From Octopus vulgaris (Eukaryota), in assembly GCA_951406725.2 (NCBI GenBank), contig OX597818.1, forward strand, positions 61,380,001 to 61,444,000: 64,000 nucleotides of DNA, given 5' to 3'. The position numbers and the translations under genes were made by a program. Under the pieces are notes generated by a model. The model worked only from the letters and a program-made list of their open reading frames with translations, was not told where the DNA came from and ran no database searches. Below, piece by piece: positions 41,201-53,857 of the stretch; within the stretch, counting starts at the first letter, position 1, and every line of letters begins with the position of its first letter.

Positions 41201-41573
41201 CCTGAATATACTAAAAGATAGAAATGCCAAAACTGAACTAGAAGCACATGAGTCTGTTGTTGCAATTAAACATTTGAGAATTGTGCAAAACAATGGGATT
41301 GCTAACCGAATCAAAGAAGACATGCCTTAACATCGGAATAAAAGAGGTGTGAAAATGGTGCATCTGTTCGACATAATACACATCTCTGCGGTCAGAGAAC
41401 CTGGTTCAAGGAAATATAAATTGAGGGAAAATTTAATGAATTTAAAGAAGGAATTCATCTTTATACTCTTCAAACAGTAAAAGATTGCAAGCAAAAATAC
41501 AGAGGTGTAAAGAAATACATGTTGTATGTATATGTGTATATATATTTATATATATATATATATATATATATAA

Positions 41574-41843
41574 TCATCATCATCATCATCATCGTTTAAC
41601 GTCCGTTTTCCATGCTAGCATGGGTTAGACGGTTCAACTGGAGTCTGGGAAGCCATGGAGGCTGCACCAGGCCCAGTCTGATCTGGCAGTGTTTCTACAG
41701 CTGGATGCCCTTCCTAACGCCAACCACTCTGAGAGTGTAGTGGGTGCTTTTTATGTGCCATCTGCACAGGTGCCAGACAAAGCTGGCAAACGACCACGAT
41801 CGGATGGTGCTTTTTACGTGCCACCGGCATGGCCGTGCCACCG
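41574..41843 (-). mobile_element. SINE-A inside a (TA)n tract
   Basis: (CAT)n, core and 1-2 hairpin units. Confidence 0.9.
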
Positions 41844-41903
<60 letters not shown>

Positions 41904-42564
41904 AAATAAATACAGAGGTGTAAAGAAACATGTTGTATGTGTATATATATATATATTTCCTAGCTGACACTAATAGAAAATTGTATCTTGTCCAAGTGGT
42001 AAAAATATCAGGGACAATAACATTTATTCTAAGAGATGTTACTTCTAACCTGGTATATCACGTACTTGTGAAAAAACATATGTGCAAAAGCTTGTGAATA
42101 ACATGTTTTTCTAAACTTGCTATTCTTTTAGTATGAATGTTTCGATACATTTTTATACACACACACACACATGCTCACACAGGCTCACATATATTGTGGA
42201 TATCTGGAAAATATATGCATGTATGATATATAAATTGCTTTATGTATGTATGCATGTGACTTTATGCAATCTTAAAGTAGGATTGTTAAATTCACAAATG
42301 TATGGTGTTGCAGGTCAACTAAAAAAAGTGTCACCTACAAAGACTAGCTGCAGATGGCAGAATATTCTGTTTCCAGATAGAAATGTGTAAAACAGTTTCT
42401 TTGAGTAGCAATATTTATAAAAGAAAATATTATTTAGACATCGGTATAAGAAAGTAGAGTATTATGTCCTTCTAACAGCAATGCCTACAGATTAAAAGTT
42501 GGTTAGCATATGAGTGTGTGTAAGATCAGCTGTTCGTCGGGCATCAGCTTAAGTGGAAAGGATT

Positions 42565-42998
42565 TGTAACAGGACGAGAGGTCCCCGCACTGGATGGGTG
42601 CAGCTCACATCCTTTACATTAAAAATATTGATCAAAGGAAAGAGTCAAGACTTCTGGATTATCTTCAACAGTATAAATATTTTATTTTTTGATTCGCAAT
42701 ATATACATTCTTCCTTCAGGGCGAATCGGCAGCCTAGTAGCTTATCACAGTAGTCAAGTGGAGTGAGCCACATCCTGTCCGTTCAAGCATAGCGGAGATA
42801 CGCCACGAAGTAGCAGCTTGAGAGAGCTTCTAAAACACAACTGTCCTGTTCAGCTGCTGGCGTTCGAGAGACCGATATGAGGGAATTTCGCTGATGCTAG
42901 TTTTCTGTGCATGCGCATGAGGGAACTTCCAGCAGGCCTCCCGGAAGAATCCAACTCTGCGCATGCGTGCTGGAGAATTCCAAGATGGTGTCACAACA
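42565..42998 (-). mobile_element. Solo LTR (probably Gypsy-type)
   Basis: TGT...ACA termini with a 4-bp direct repeat GATT on both sides (42561-42564, 42999-43002); GC-richer than the flanks; AATAAA on the minus strand near 42681. Confidence 0.75.
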
Positions 42999-43293
42999 GA
43001 TTTTTACTAATTAGTAATGCATAAATATAGAACACTAATTGTTGATTGGTTGCTAAAAATTAATTCAATGGATTTATTTGTTAAATCCAGCTCAGTGCCC
43101 GAGATTGTGTTGTAGCCAAGTTATTATCTGATAAAAGCCATTACATCTGAATATAAAACAGGATTTGAAAAAAGATATGTCAACGTATCAGAACAGTTCG
43201 AGAATGGGCAACACGAAAGCTTAAAATTAGAAATCCTGACAGTTGAAGATAAAAAAGCCCCCACTATAGGGTCTATTAGAATAGATATCTACC

Positions 43294-43907
43294 TATTTCT
43301 TTACTACCCACATGGGGGCTAAACACGGAGGGGACAAACAAGGACAGACAAATGGATTAAGTCGATTATATCAACCCCAGTGCATAACTGGTACTTATTT
43401 GATCGACCCCAAAAGGATGAAAGGCAAAGTCGACCTCAGCGGAATCTGAACTCAGAACGTAATGGCAGACAAAATACCTATTTCTTTACTACCCACAAGG
43501 GGTAAACACAGAGAGGACAAACAAGGACAGACAAACGGATTAAGTCGATTATATCAACCCCAGTGCATAACTGGTACTTATTTGATCGACCCCGAAAGGA
43601 TGAAAGGCAAAGTCGACCTCAGCGGAATCTGAACTCAGAACGTAATGGCAGACGAAATACCTATTTCTTTACTACCTACAATGGGCTAAACACAGAAGGG
43701 ACAAACAAGGACAGACAGATGGATTAAGTTGATTATATCGACCCCAGTGCATAACTGGTACTTGATTATATCGACCCCGAAGGGAGGAAAGGCAAAGTCG
43801 ACCTCGGCGGAATTCTGAACTCAGAACGTAACGGCAGACGAAATACCGCTAAGCATTTCGCCAAACAAGGACAGACAGATGCTAGCGTTTCTGCCAGCTC
43901 GCCACCT
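43294..43907 (-). mobile_element. SINE-C head-to-tail trimer (one head, three bodies)
   Basis: ~186-bp unit repeated three times; flanking agaatagatatc(t/c)acc TSD. Confidence 0.9.
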
Positions 43908-44429
43908 TAAGAATAGATATCCACCATCAAGGAAAGTAAGCTAATGTTATCTTACAAATGTATAATTATAATTAGTATTTTATTGTTTCTAGGGACAAAC
44001 AAAGGACAGACAGATGGATTAAGTTGATTGTCGACCCCAGTGCATAACTGGTACTTGATTAAATACGCTGAACAAGAAGACACTTTCATGATACAGCTCG
44101 TCCATATCTTCTTCTCTAGGTAAAAGTTCTATATTAGCAACAGTAAGCTAATGTTATCTTACAAATGTATAATTATAATGGTGTATTTTATTGTTTCTAA
44201 CACAAATACAGTATTTCCCTTTTGTTCCCTGCCATTCAAATTTAGATTTCCAACATTTTCTTGCTTGTGTTTATCTATTGTTCAAATATAAGTGTTGTAC
44301 TTGAAATTGTCTGCGTTTAATTGTATGTTGTATATTTTTTTTAAATTTCTTCTTTTTTTTTTTTTACTTTTGCAATCGATTTCAAAGTCTGTTTTCATTT
44401 TTGAAAATATTGGAGGAGTTGTTGTTTAT

Positions 44430-44479
44430 GCTGCTGAGGCTACTGCTGCTGAGGCTACTGCTGCTGAGGCTACTGCTGC
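44430..44479. repeat. 15-bp minisatellite (gctgctgaggctact)x3
   Basis: Read directly from the sequence. Confidence 0.9.
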
Positions 44480-44744
44480 CACTTTTGATTTAATCCCCCC
44501 CCCCTGCAACTTTTGCGATTACTTTAAATCATGGAAAACAATACTAGTGGCTGCCATAGAAAAAGTTTTACATGGTTCAAAATAATATTCAACAAATTTT
44601 CTATTTCTTCTGCCCTGGGGTAATGGGATGGACAAGCCAAATGTCCCAAAAAACAAAGTAAGAATTCCTTCCTCATAAATCACGCACTTTAGGGAAAAAA
44701 AATTTCTAAATTGCATTCTAAACAAGTCTCTCCAAGGCAAATTG

Positions 44745-44859
44745 ATAATGATGATAATAATAATAATAATAATAGTAATAATAATAATGAGCTTCTCTGT
44801 CCTAGGTGTACAGAAAACACTCGGCAAGAAACGGAAGAAAATTTGAAGAAAGAAGGAAA

Positions 44860-44915
<56 letters not shown>

Positions 44916-45285
44916 TAATAATAATGATAATAATCCCTGCAAGAAGTGCAAAAGATTGTCTTAACTGGTACATCACACGTATTGAGAAGAGCATTGTCGA
45001 TGTGAGAACTGTTGCTGCTCATGTATTTTAATTTAACTTTAAAAAAAAAAATTTTTTTAAATATGAACGAACTACTGAGTTCGGTTTAATGGCCAACCAA
45101 TATACACTATGAGTTTCTGTGCCCTAGGTTTCGGGAAGACACTCGGCAAGAAATGGAAGAAAATTTGAAAGAAGAAAAAAAAAATAATGATAATAATAAT
45201 AATGATAATAATAATGATAATAATAATAATGATAATAATAATAATAATAATAATTATAATAATAATAATAATGATAGTAATAATG
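44745..45285 (+). mobile_element. Stacked 3' ends of an R4/Dong-like LINE within (TAA)n arrays
   Basis: 44934-45005 translates SLQEVQKIVLTGTSHVLRRALSM*, a typical RLE-LINE C-terminus. The 3'UTR ctaggt..aagacactcggcaagaaa.ggaagaaaatttgaa occurs twice (~44790, ~45110), each followed by (TAA)n. Confidence 0.8.
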
Positions 45286-45319
45286 AAAATGTAAGATATA
45301 ACAAAAACTGATTTCAATT

Positions 45320-46245
45320 GCCAGGGGAGAGAAGAAAGAAGTTGTGGTGACTGTTATGGAACAGAAGAAAAGGAGAAAACAGGAGCAAGAAAGAAACATT
45401 TGGGGAAAAGGGTTGTATGGCCAGCTTCACAGACAAATGCAGGATGTCACAGCAGAGATGGGTCCTGATTGTGGCTGAAGAATAGGGACTCTTAACGGGT
45501 GCTCTAACTAGTCATTGCTGAGAAATGTCATAAAGAGAAAAATAGATACAACTGCAAAGTACTGTGTGTATAATGAGAAGGAATATAAAGGCAGGCATGA
45601 ATGTATAGTCAAGGGATTAAACTGGGATGTATGGTACAGAAAAGAGCATTTGAAGAAAGAAGAAAATGGTACCAACATCAACCAGAGAGTGTGAGAGAGA
45701 ATGATCAGTTTAAGGTCTGATGGGATTTTAGTACACAGACTGATCACACACTTCAGGCAAGGTGACCAGGTATTATCATTCTGGTCAAGGAGAAAAAAAT
45801 GAGTGCCTCATCATAGATGAGACAATATCTGTGGATATTAATGTGAAGACTGTGGAAAGTTTCAATAAAGTAATCCCAGTGTTATAGGTGCCCTAGTACC
45901 ATCACTAACTGACGTGGCAGTTTCCTTACTGAGATTGGTGTAACCATAAGAATTGCAAGCAAGCAGAATTATTGGTATGCTGGATGAAATTCTTAGCGGT
46001 ATTTCACTTGTCACTCCAATCTGAGCTCAAATTCCACTGAGTTTGACTTTGCCTTTCATCCTTTCGGGGGTCGATAAAATAAGTACCAGTTTAACATTGG
46101 GGTTGATGTAATCGACTCATCCCCACCACTAAAATGGCTGCCCTTGTTGCAAAATTTGAAACCATTATTAATCTGCTGTGGTGGGAACAGCAAGGATTGT
46201 AAGAAAGCTCTTTAACATCTAAGGAAACTAGTTGTGACCTAGTAT
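45320..46245 (+). mobile_element. Older R4/Dong-like (RLE-type) LINE 3' fragment, interrupted by SINE-C (~45960-46148)
   Basis: Translations: WGKGLYGQLHRQ, EYKGRHE, WYQHQPESVRENDQFKV*WDFSTQTDHTLQAR*PGIII, CLIID, VIGAL, SAVVGTARIVRKLFNI*. Confidence 0.85.
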
Positions 46246-47307
46246 CAAGGACATTGATTTTGAATGCAATACATGCATACCATGAATAATATTGGTTTTT
46301 AGTTTAGAGACAAGGTTAACAAGTGTGAGTAGTGAGCATTAGTCAATACCATCACCCAGTACTGGAATTTTTAATTTATATTATCCGTTCTGAAAGAAAG
46401 GAAAGAAGAATCGGTCTTGGCAAGATTTAAACTCAGACTATAGAGAACAGAGAAGAAATGCTACAAAGCATTTTCTTTTTTCTTTTCAGCCTGTGGATCA
46501 CCTTTCATATTTCTGATTTAAGCAAAAGGGAAACGAGTCCATCACTTGACTGGTGTTTCATTTTACTGACCTTAAAAGGATGAAAGACAAGGTTGACTTT
46601 TGGACAACTACAAACCACAGTGTCACCGAGTAAACTAGTCTGTCCAATGCAAATGGTAAAATAATAACCACTTCTGACATAAACACAAAGAAAGAAATTT
46701 GTGGAAAGAGATTAATAGACAACATCGACCTTACTTCTAGACGAGTAGACATTATCTTCTCAACTTTGTCGATGGAAAGAAGATGACCCGGGTGAGATTT
46801 AATCAGAGAATGCAAAGTGAAATACTGTAAGGTATTTTCTCCATAACTTTACTGATCTTCCTACTCACAACTAATAACACAAACGACAACCATAGATCAA
46901 AATACTAATCGAATGAAGAATTATAATCTATCATTACTTATTAGCATTTTTGATGGGATATACTTTTCAATATTGACATAAAAGATTTCATACTTGAATA
47001 TCTACTAAAATATCAATCCACCCACCTCACACACACACTTCTTCAATCAACTTATAACTTTCTGCTATATTTAAGTTAAAGAGCAAGACTGTGCTATTCT
47101 GTAGACTTTCCAATATCAACATAATTTTATATTCATTTTCTTTTTTTCACACACGGCCATAGTTTGTCACACATCGCCCTCTGCATTGTTCATACACACA
47201 AACAACAAAGAAAAATCAAGCAGTTTTGTAAATGTGTGAATTTACTGTATATTGTGTCACTGGTACTAAAAATAAGTTGCCCCATGCAATTTCTAATTCC
47301 AAGTTAA

Positions 47308-48484
47308 CACTCTGCTAGACAAGTACTGTGCAATGAAGCTGACAGTTTACATTTCACTCGTACATTCCACGTTTGGACATGGTTTCAGTGTCTAAGTGAC
47401 TTTCACTTTACACTTCACGTGATCGATGCCAGGCTCACCTGACTGGCTCTTGTGCTGGTGGCACGTAAAAAGCACCCACTACACTCTTGGAGTGGTTGGT
47501 GTTAGGAAGGACATCCAGCTGTAGAAACACTGCCAGAACAGACTGGAGCCTGGCGCAGCCGCTGCCTCTCCAGACCTCAGACAAACCATCCAACCCATGC
47601 CAGCATGGAAAACGGATGCTAAACAATGATGATGGTCATCATGACAGTATACTGGCTACATTTTACCTACTGACATTAGAGAGGTTGTGATATACAGCAA
47701 GGACTACAAGGTGCCCTCTACCCACAGTTAAAATTTAAAGATACCACTCTCTTGAACAAATGGCTTGCAATGTCTTGCCCATACAGTTCATTGTGTGTGC
47801 AGTTTATATAGCTAGATGTCCTTCCTATCACAAATTACTTAACATAATGTGCTGGCACCATGTAAAAACTATTCAGTTCATTCTGTAAAGTGGTTGCTGT
47901 TAGGAACCGTAAAAAAACACGCCAAAACAGACAGTCTTCTGCCTAGCCAGCCTGTCAAACCATCCATCCTATGCCAGCATGGAAAATGGATGTTAAATGA
48001 CGTATAATTAAGATGTATAAAATTAAGGACCCCAGCTATGAAATAGATGGAATTCTAATGAATGCACTTAAGATGTTACCCTAAAATATGTTATATTATG
48101 GATTCCACAAAGAGGAATATTTCTCTATTTTTATTAATTCTTCAAGTTTATGATTTAAAGTAAATGGAACAAGTAAAAATGCAAATTATCTGAAATTATA
48201 AAAAAATCTTAAATCATATCTAAAAACATAAAGGTGGCTATTAAAACTATAGTTATTCATAATGTTATATGAGGAAAAATGAGGTAGCAAATTAGCTGGG
48301 GTAATGCATTGGATAGAGGAGACGCTGCATCCCGCTGTGTGTCAGGAGATAACAAGAGATATAATGCAGCGAATCTACTTCGTAAGTGAAGGTCGTTTAA
48401 TCACCAAAACTATGTCCAAACTTGGAATGTACAAGTGAAATGTAGACTGTCAACTTCATTGCACAGTACTTGTCTAGCAGAGTA
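47308..48484. mobile_element. Non-autonomous DNA transposon with ~100-bp TIRs, containing SINE-A (47436-47632) and a decayed SINE-A (~47850-48000)
   Basis: 47308-47410 actctgctagacaagtactgtgcaatgaag... is the inverted match of 48381-48484 ...cttcattgcacagtacttgtctagcagagt. Confidence 0.75.
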
Positions 48485-48792
48485 TATTGCTTTTCATAAA
48501 GTACCAATCCTGTATTGAGATTGATTCTTCCTTTGTTTCTCTGTCACCCATTCTGGAAGAAATTGACTATGGTCAGGCATGGAGGGGGATGGGCACCACC
48601 AGGTCTATAAATGGCAAATATATGCTACAATGAATCCCCTACAGCTACATTTGAGGCTCAGTGGACAAGACAGTAGGAAAACATGTAGTTTGGCTGCTAG
48701 AAAATATTTTGTTCCAGTTCACATTTAACCATTTTGTCAACACACTACAACAGAAACACACAATATGTTTTGCTTATGCATACATGTTTTTC

Positions 48793-49007
48793 TTAACCCT
48801 TTCATTACTGTATTTATTTTGAGATGCTCTGTGTTTCTTTCAATTATTTTAGATTATGAAAATAACTTAGTTATCATTCAGCTAGTGTTAGGAACATAAA
48901 TTGTGACTAAGGTTTGGTGGAAGATTTTAATTCAAACCTTATGAAAACAAGACATTTGTACTCAGATCCAGAGCTGGTTTCAGCCGGGTTGGTAACGAAA
49001 GGGTTAA
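48793..49007. mobile_element. piggyBac-type MITE family 1
   Basis: TTAA-ccctttc ... gaaaggg-TTAA. Confidence 0.85.
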
Positions 49008-49589
49008 GTTTGAAAATAATCAAGAATTTAGAAGGATAAGCTGGTATGTTAAACCAAACCAGAAATTATTATATCAAACTATGGATGGAAGGCTTGAATT
49101 GAAATATGAGCATATTGTATCATAGAACCAGATTATATGAGCAGGTTGATATCGAAAACATATAATCAATAATTATATAATTAAGATCCTATCAATTATA
49201 GAAGTCATAGAATCCCAGTAATACAGGTCCTGCAAACGATTTTGTTCCTGTTGTAACAGCTTATAAATATTCTTTTACAAATAATTCTGGTAAAGATTTA
49301 ACTCCCAACAAAAGATAATAAATATGAAAGGTATTGAACACACATTACATTCATCACAAGAATATACTGTGTTGCTTTTCCAGTTGCAATGTGGGAATTA
49401 TAGAACAAAAACATTTATCTCCTTTCGACGATTTCTATGAAAATGAAATTGCAAATGAAAAGAGTTAGGATATTTCAATAAAACAAATTCTAAACAAAAG
49501 GACGTGGATTTATTTTCATAATAATATCATATAAAATCAGTAATGAGCAGGGTCAACCATTATTCTCTTTCATTTTTCTTTTCTCGTAT

Positions 49590-49935
49590 TTCAATCATCA
49601 GCCTGTGACCAGGCGGAGGCACTGCATTGAAGAGGTTAGTTGAAAGAATTTGACCACAGACCAGTACTTATTCTATTCAGTTATGTCTGGCAAAACTGTT
49701 AAGTTATATGAATGTAAACAAACCAGTACTGGTTATCAAACAGTGGGAGATAAACACAAAAGATAAACACACAAACAGCATAAACAACCAACATGCACAC
49801 AATTTCTGCCAAACAAATCCACCACAGGGCATTGTTTAGTCCAGGGTTACTGTAGAAGACACTTGTCTATGCAGAGGGGCTGTACCCACAAATCGAGTGA
49901 TTGTGAAACAAACTTACTAACCAATTAGCAATACT
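49590..49935 (-). mobile_element. Old diverged SINE-B
   Basis: agtacttattctat...tgtagaagacacttg remnants. Confidence 0.6.
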
Positions 49936-50827
49936 TCACATTATAAACTTTCAAGTTTAAAACTAAGTTGTTTCTCTTTAGGCCAAAAGCACTGTCCATT
50001 TCCAAGGCTGTAAGAAAATCTATGAATTTCAAGCAGATAGACGGAGGTATTTCCATATTAATAGCTACGCAATACCTACAAAATCAAATGCAAAGTTGAT
50101 ACAATACAGCTTAGAATTTCAGATTCTAGTTTGCATGTTATCTTTTGAGACAAAGGAATTAATTAATGTTAATATCCTTTGTAGAAGTAAACAAACTTCT
50201 CTAAATTGTAATCAAAAGCTGGGAAGAGATGTTCTCATTAAATTTAAACGTAAATTCTTAAATTCTGTTTATGAGTATATGGGGAAATCCTTTCAGAGAT
50301 TATATCTACAATATTTATGATACATACACATGATACTCTTGAGAGTTTTAAAGTATATTATCTTACCAACCTAATTTATATAAAGCAATAGAAAAAATGT
50401 GAACAGTATTCCTTTGAAAGGAAATGGAGTAGACAAATTTGATTCAGTGGCAGGATGTTAACAGCTATAGAGAAATAAGGGATTCTACTCATGGTTAATG
50501 GTGAAACCTTGAAATATTCATAAGAGATACATTTTTAAAAATCTAATTTCTCTTTTTCTTCCTCTATTGAAATGTGTGTGTTTATGCATATGTATGAGTG
50601 TACAGAGGGAATAGATGTATTATTTAGTCCACAACCTAGGTAATAAATAACAATTACTTGATCTTTCATAATCAAACATATTTATCAATGCCTACTTTCT
50701 CGTATCTATTCCAGACAGTTAGGTTAAACAGAATAACATAGCAGTGTTGTGACTAGAACCACAATGAAACACAAGTGATGAACTGTAATTTATTACAGAA
50801 ATTGATAATTAAATGCACTAATATTCA

Positions 50828-50862
<35 letters not shown>

Positions 50863-51132
50863 TCTGTATGTATATAAGCAGAGAATCATACTTGATAGCT
50901 GAGAGGAAGCAAAAGTTTGACATCTTTAACCTGGAAAGAAATGGATGCAAATCCCATCCACAATATTCCTTCAACTTGAGTAAACGAAAGATAACCACAA
51001 TGTAGTAAGTAATTCTGTTAGAAATTTAAAATTACCTCAAATCACACACCCTACTAGTTTCAATAAGGATATATTAGATAACATACTCCTAAATACCACT
51101 AAGTAGATGTAATAGTCAAAATCATTGACAAT

Positions 51133-51523
51133 AGGCGTAGGAGTGGCTGTGTGGTAAGTAGCTTGCTTATGAACCACATGGTTCCGGGTTCAGTCCCACC
51201 ACATGGTACCTTGAGCAAGTGTCTTCTACTATAGCCTTGTGCTATAGTAGAGGATTTGGTGAGAGGATTTGGTAGACAGAAACTGAAAGAAGCCCGTTGT
51301 ATATATGTATGTGTGTGTATATGTTTGTGTCTGTGTTTGTTACCCCAACATTGCTTGACAACCCATATTGGTGTGTTTCCATTCCCATAACTTAGCAAAA
51401 GGGACTGATAGAATAAGTACTAGGCTTACAAAGAATAAGTCTTGGGGTCGATTTGCTTGACTAAAGGCAGTGCTCCAGCATGGCCACAGTTAAATGACTG
51501 AAACAAGTAAAAGAATAAAAGAA
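51133..51523 (+). mobile_element. SINE-B
   Basis: Head, core and aaagaata tail. Confidence 0.9.
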
Positions 51524-52286
51524 TGGTTTGATTATGTTTTTGATCATAGGGCTGCTTGAACAGAATTCAGCCAGAATCAAACATCAGTCGTGTTTGAATG
51601 TCCAATACATTCCATAAAATGTTTACTAGAATTTGGGGTCAAGAACAGGAATTCATAAGTTATATAATACAAGGTGAATGTCTACATTTGTTATATGCAT
51701 GCATCAGCTCTGCCAACCTGTACTGTTACACCCTGATGGTTACCTGTTGCTCTTGTAGGCTGGAAAAAGGGTTTGTTAAATTATTGTGGCCTTATCTCAC
51801 ACAGGCACAAAACACTAAAGATTACAAGAGACATTTTCAGTTGAAATGTCTCAAGAATTATAAAACTGTTTGAAAACATCTCAGAAGAATTTTTTAATTA
51901 AAAAAATTTTTAAATCATTACAAAATATGTCACCATACTAAATTTATTTTAATTAACAAAGCAAAAATATTTGTAGTTCTGTATTTCTGTTTAACTGTTC
52001 TGCATGCATTACAATATTAGTTACTTTTTGTAGACTAAAATTAGGTTGTCCTCCCCACCAAGCTAATCTATGATATTTTGGAGTGATTTAAGCCATAGCA
52101 AGAGAGAAAATGTAAACAGTGATACCAAATGTAAAAGCGTATATATGCACACACACACACACACATGCACAGAGTAAAGTAAACTGGTACATCAGACAAT
52201 ACGGAATTAATGTTTTGTGTGTGTGCGTGTTTGTGTGTGTGTATAGATATATATGTTTCCTTATTAGTCATACAGGGCTGCATGCC

Positions 52287-52583
52287 ATGAGGGAGATAAA
52301 TTGAATATTAATTTAATTAATATCAATTTAAAACCAGTAGCACAACATATAAAATATCTGAAAAATCAGGAAAAATTTCAATACGTGTATATATTTAGGG
52401 CTAAAACCACTAGGTGGATAACCATATGAATTCTTGATTTTTATATAATTTTCATCTTTCTTGCCTGCCTATGTTCTGGTGTTCGCTGAATTTTCTCTGG
52501 AGAACATTCTTTCTTTGTACTTAGATCATATGTGATCTTCTTCTAGCATATGGTTATCCACCTAGTTGTTTTAGCCCTAAATA
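52287..52583. mobile_element. Element with a 37-bp inverted repeat next to (TA)/(CA); possible Penelope-type pseudo-LTR (family P3)
   Basis: tatttagggctaaaaccactaggtggataaccatatg ... catatggttatccacctagttgttttagccctaaata; internal agatca-tatg-tgatct hairpin. Confidence 0.5.
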
Positions 52584-52590
52584 CACACAT

Positions 52591-52643
<53 letters not shown>

Positions 52644-52651
52644 TACAGACA

Positions 52652-52700
<49 letters not shown>

Positions 52701-52835
52701 AGAATATATATATATATATACGCATACAGAATATACATATATATATATATATATACACACACATACAGAATATACATATATATATATATATACACACACA
52801 TATAGAATATATATATATATATATATATACATACA
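52584..52835. repeat. (TA)/(CA) microsatellite with recurring acagaatata motif
   Basis: Read directly from the sequence. Confidence 0.95.
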
Positions 52836-53824
52836 GACAGAGTCCAGACATGCATCAAATGTCTTTATATATTTGATTGTGTAACGTAACACAACAAAAA
52901 TGTATTTGAATATGAATGAGACTAGAGATGCATTAGCAATACAGTATACATTGATAGGCTAATTAACTTTTAAAATAGTATTATATCTTAGATATAAAAA
53001 TCAATAGTTATTTTAACTATAAGTCAATTGTGAAACAAGTATAGGTTGAAAATTCTAAACTGATTTGAATGTTATCTAGCTAAGAGAGAATGTTTTAAAC
53101 AGAGAATATTGAACTACATATTGTACATCGGCAATCAATAAAAGCAAACAAAAGAAAACTAGACAATATATGTGATAATTCTTGTTTTCATAATTTAGAT
53201 GGAAAACAGAAGTATTTTTGGCCAAAAATGCAGTGTAAAACATTAAATGCTTGATAATTTCAAAGAAGAATAGAATAAAAATTCTTTCTTTAATGAAAGG
53301 TATATGGGAATTTGTTATATCTGAACTAATGGTACTTAATATGATTTTCAATATATCCAAAGTGTTTCATTGCCTTGCCGAATATAACTACAAGTTTGAA
53401 GAATCAATACAATATTTCAGCATTGCACAAGTTGGTTAAAAATGTCTTGTGGTGGGCATAATACTTTCTACATTATTTAGATTAGTAAATGTAAATGAAA
53501 TCTGCTTTCTTGAGGAATTTTTTTTTTCTCTCTCTTTCTCTTATTTAATCAGGGCAGTGTGCAAACATTCTGAGTAATTTGGAAATTTAACAATCACTAT
53601 GCCAGTGTTAGAATCTTTTAAAAATATTACCAGCTCTTTCAAATAAAATATTAGCATATATATATATATTTTTCATTCCTCATTTTATTTCTCTTTAATC
53701 TTTATATTCCATGCACAAGCTGGAGATGCATTATAAATAATATTGCATAGACATAAATTATGTTAAAAGGTTTTATTGCTGAATAACCTTGAGGAATCAT
53801 TTACCAGCTTTGCTTGCAAAAAAC

Positions 53825-53857
<33 letters not shown>

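Noticed and set aside
44519-45399. Poly-I/poly-Y/poly-N ORFs
   Set aside because: They are translations of (TAA)n tails.
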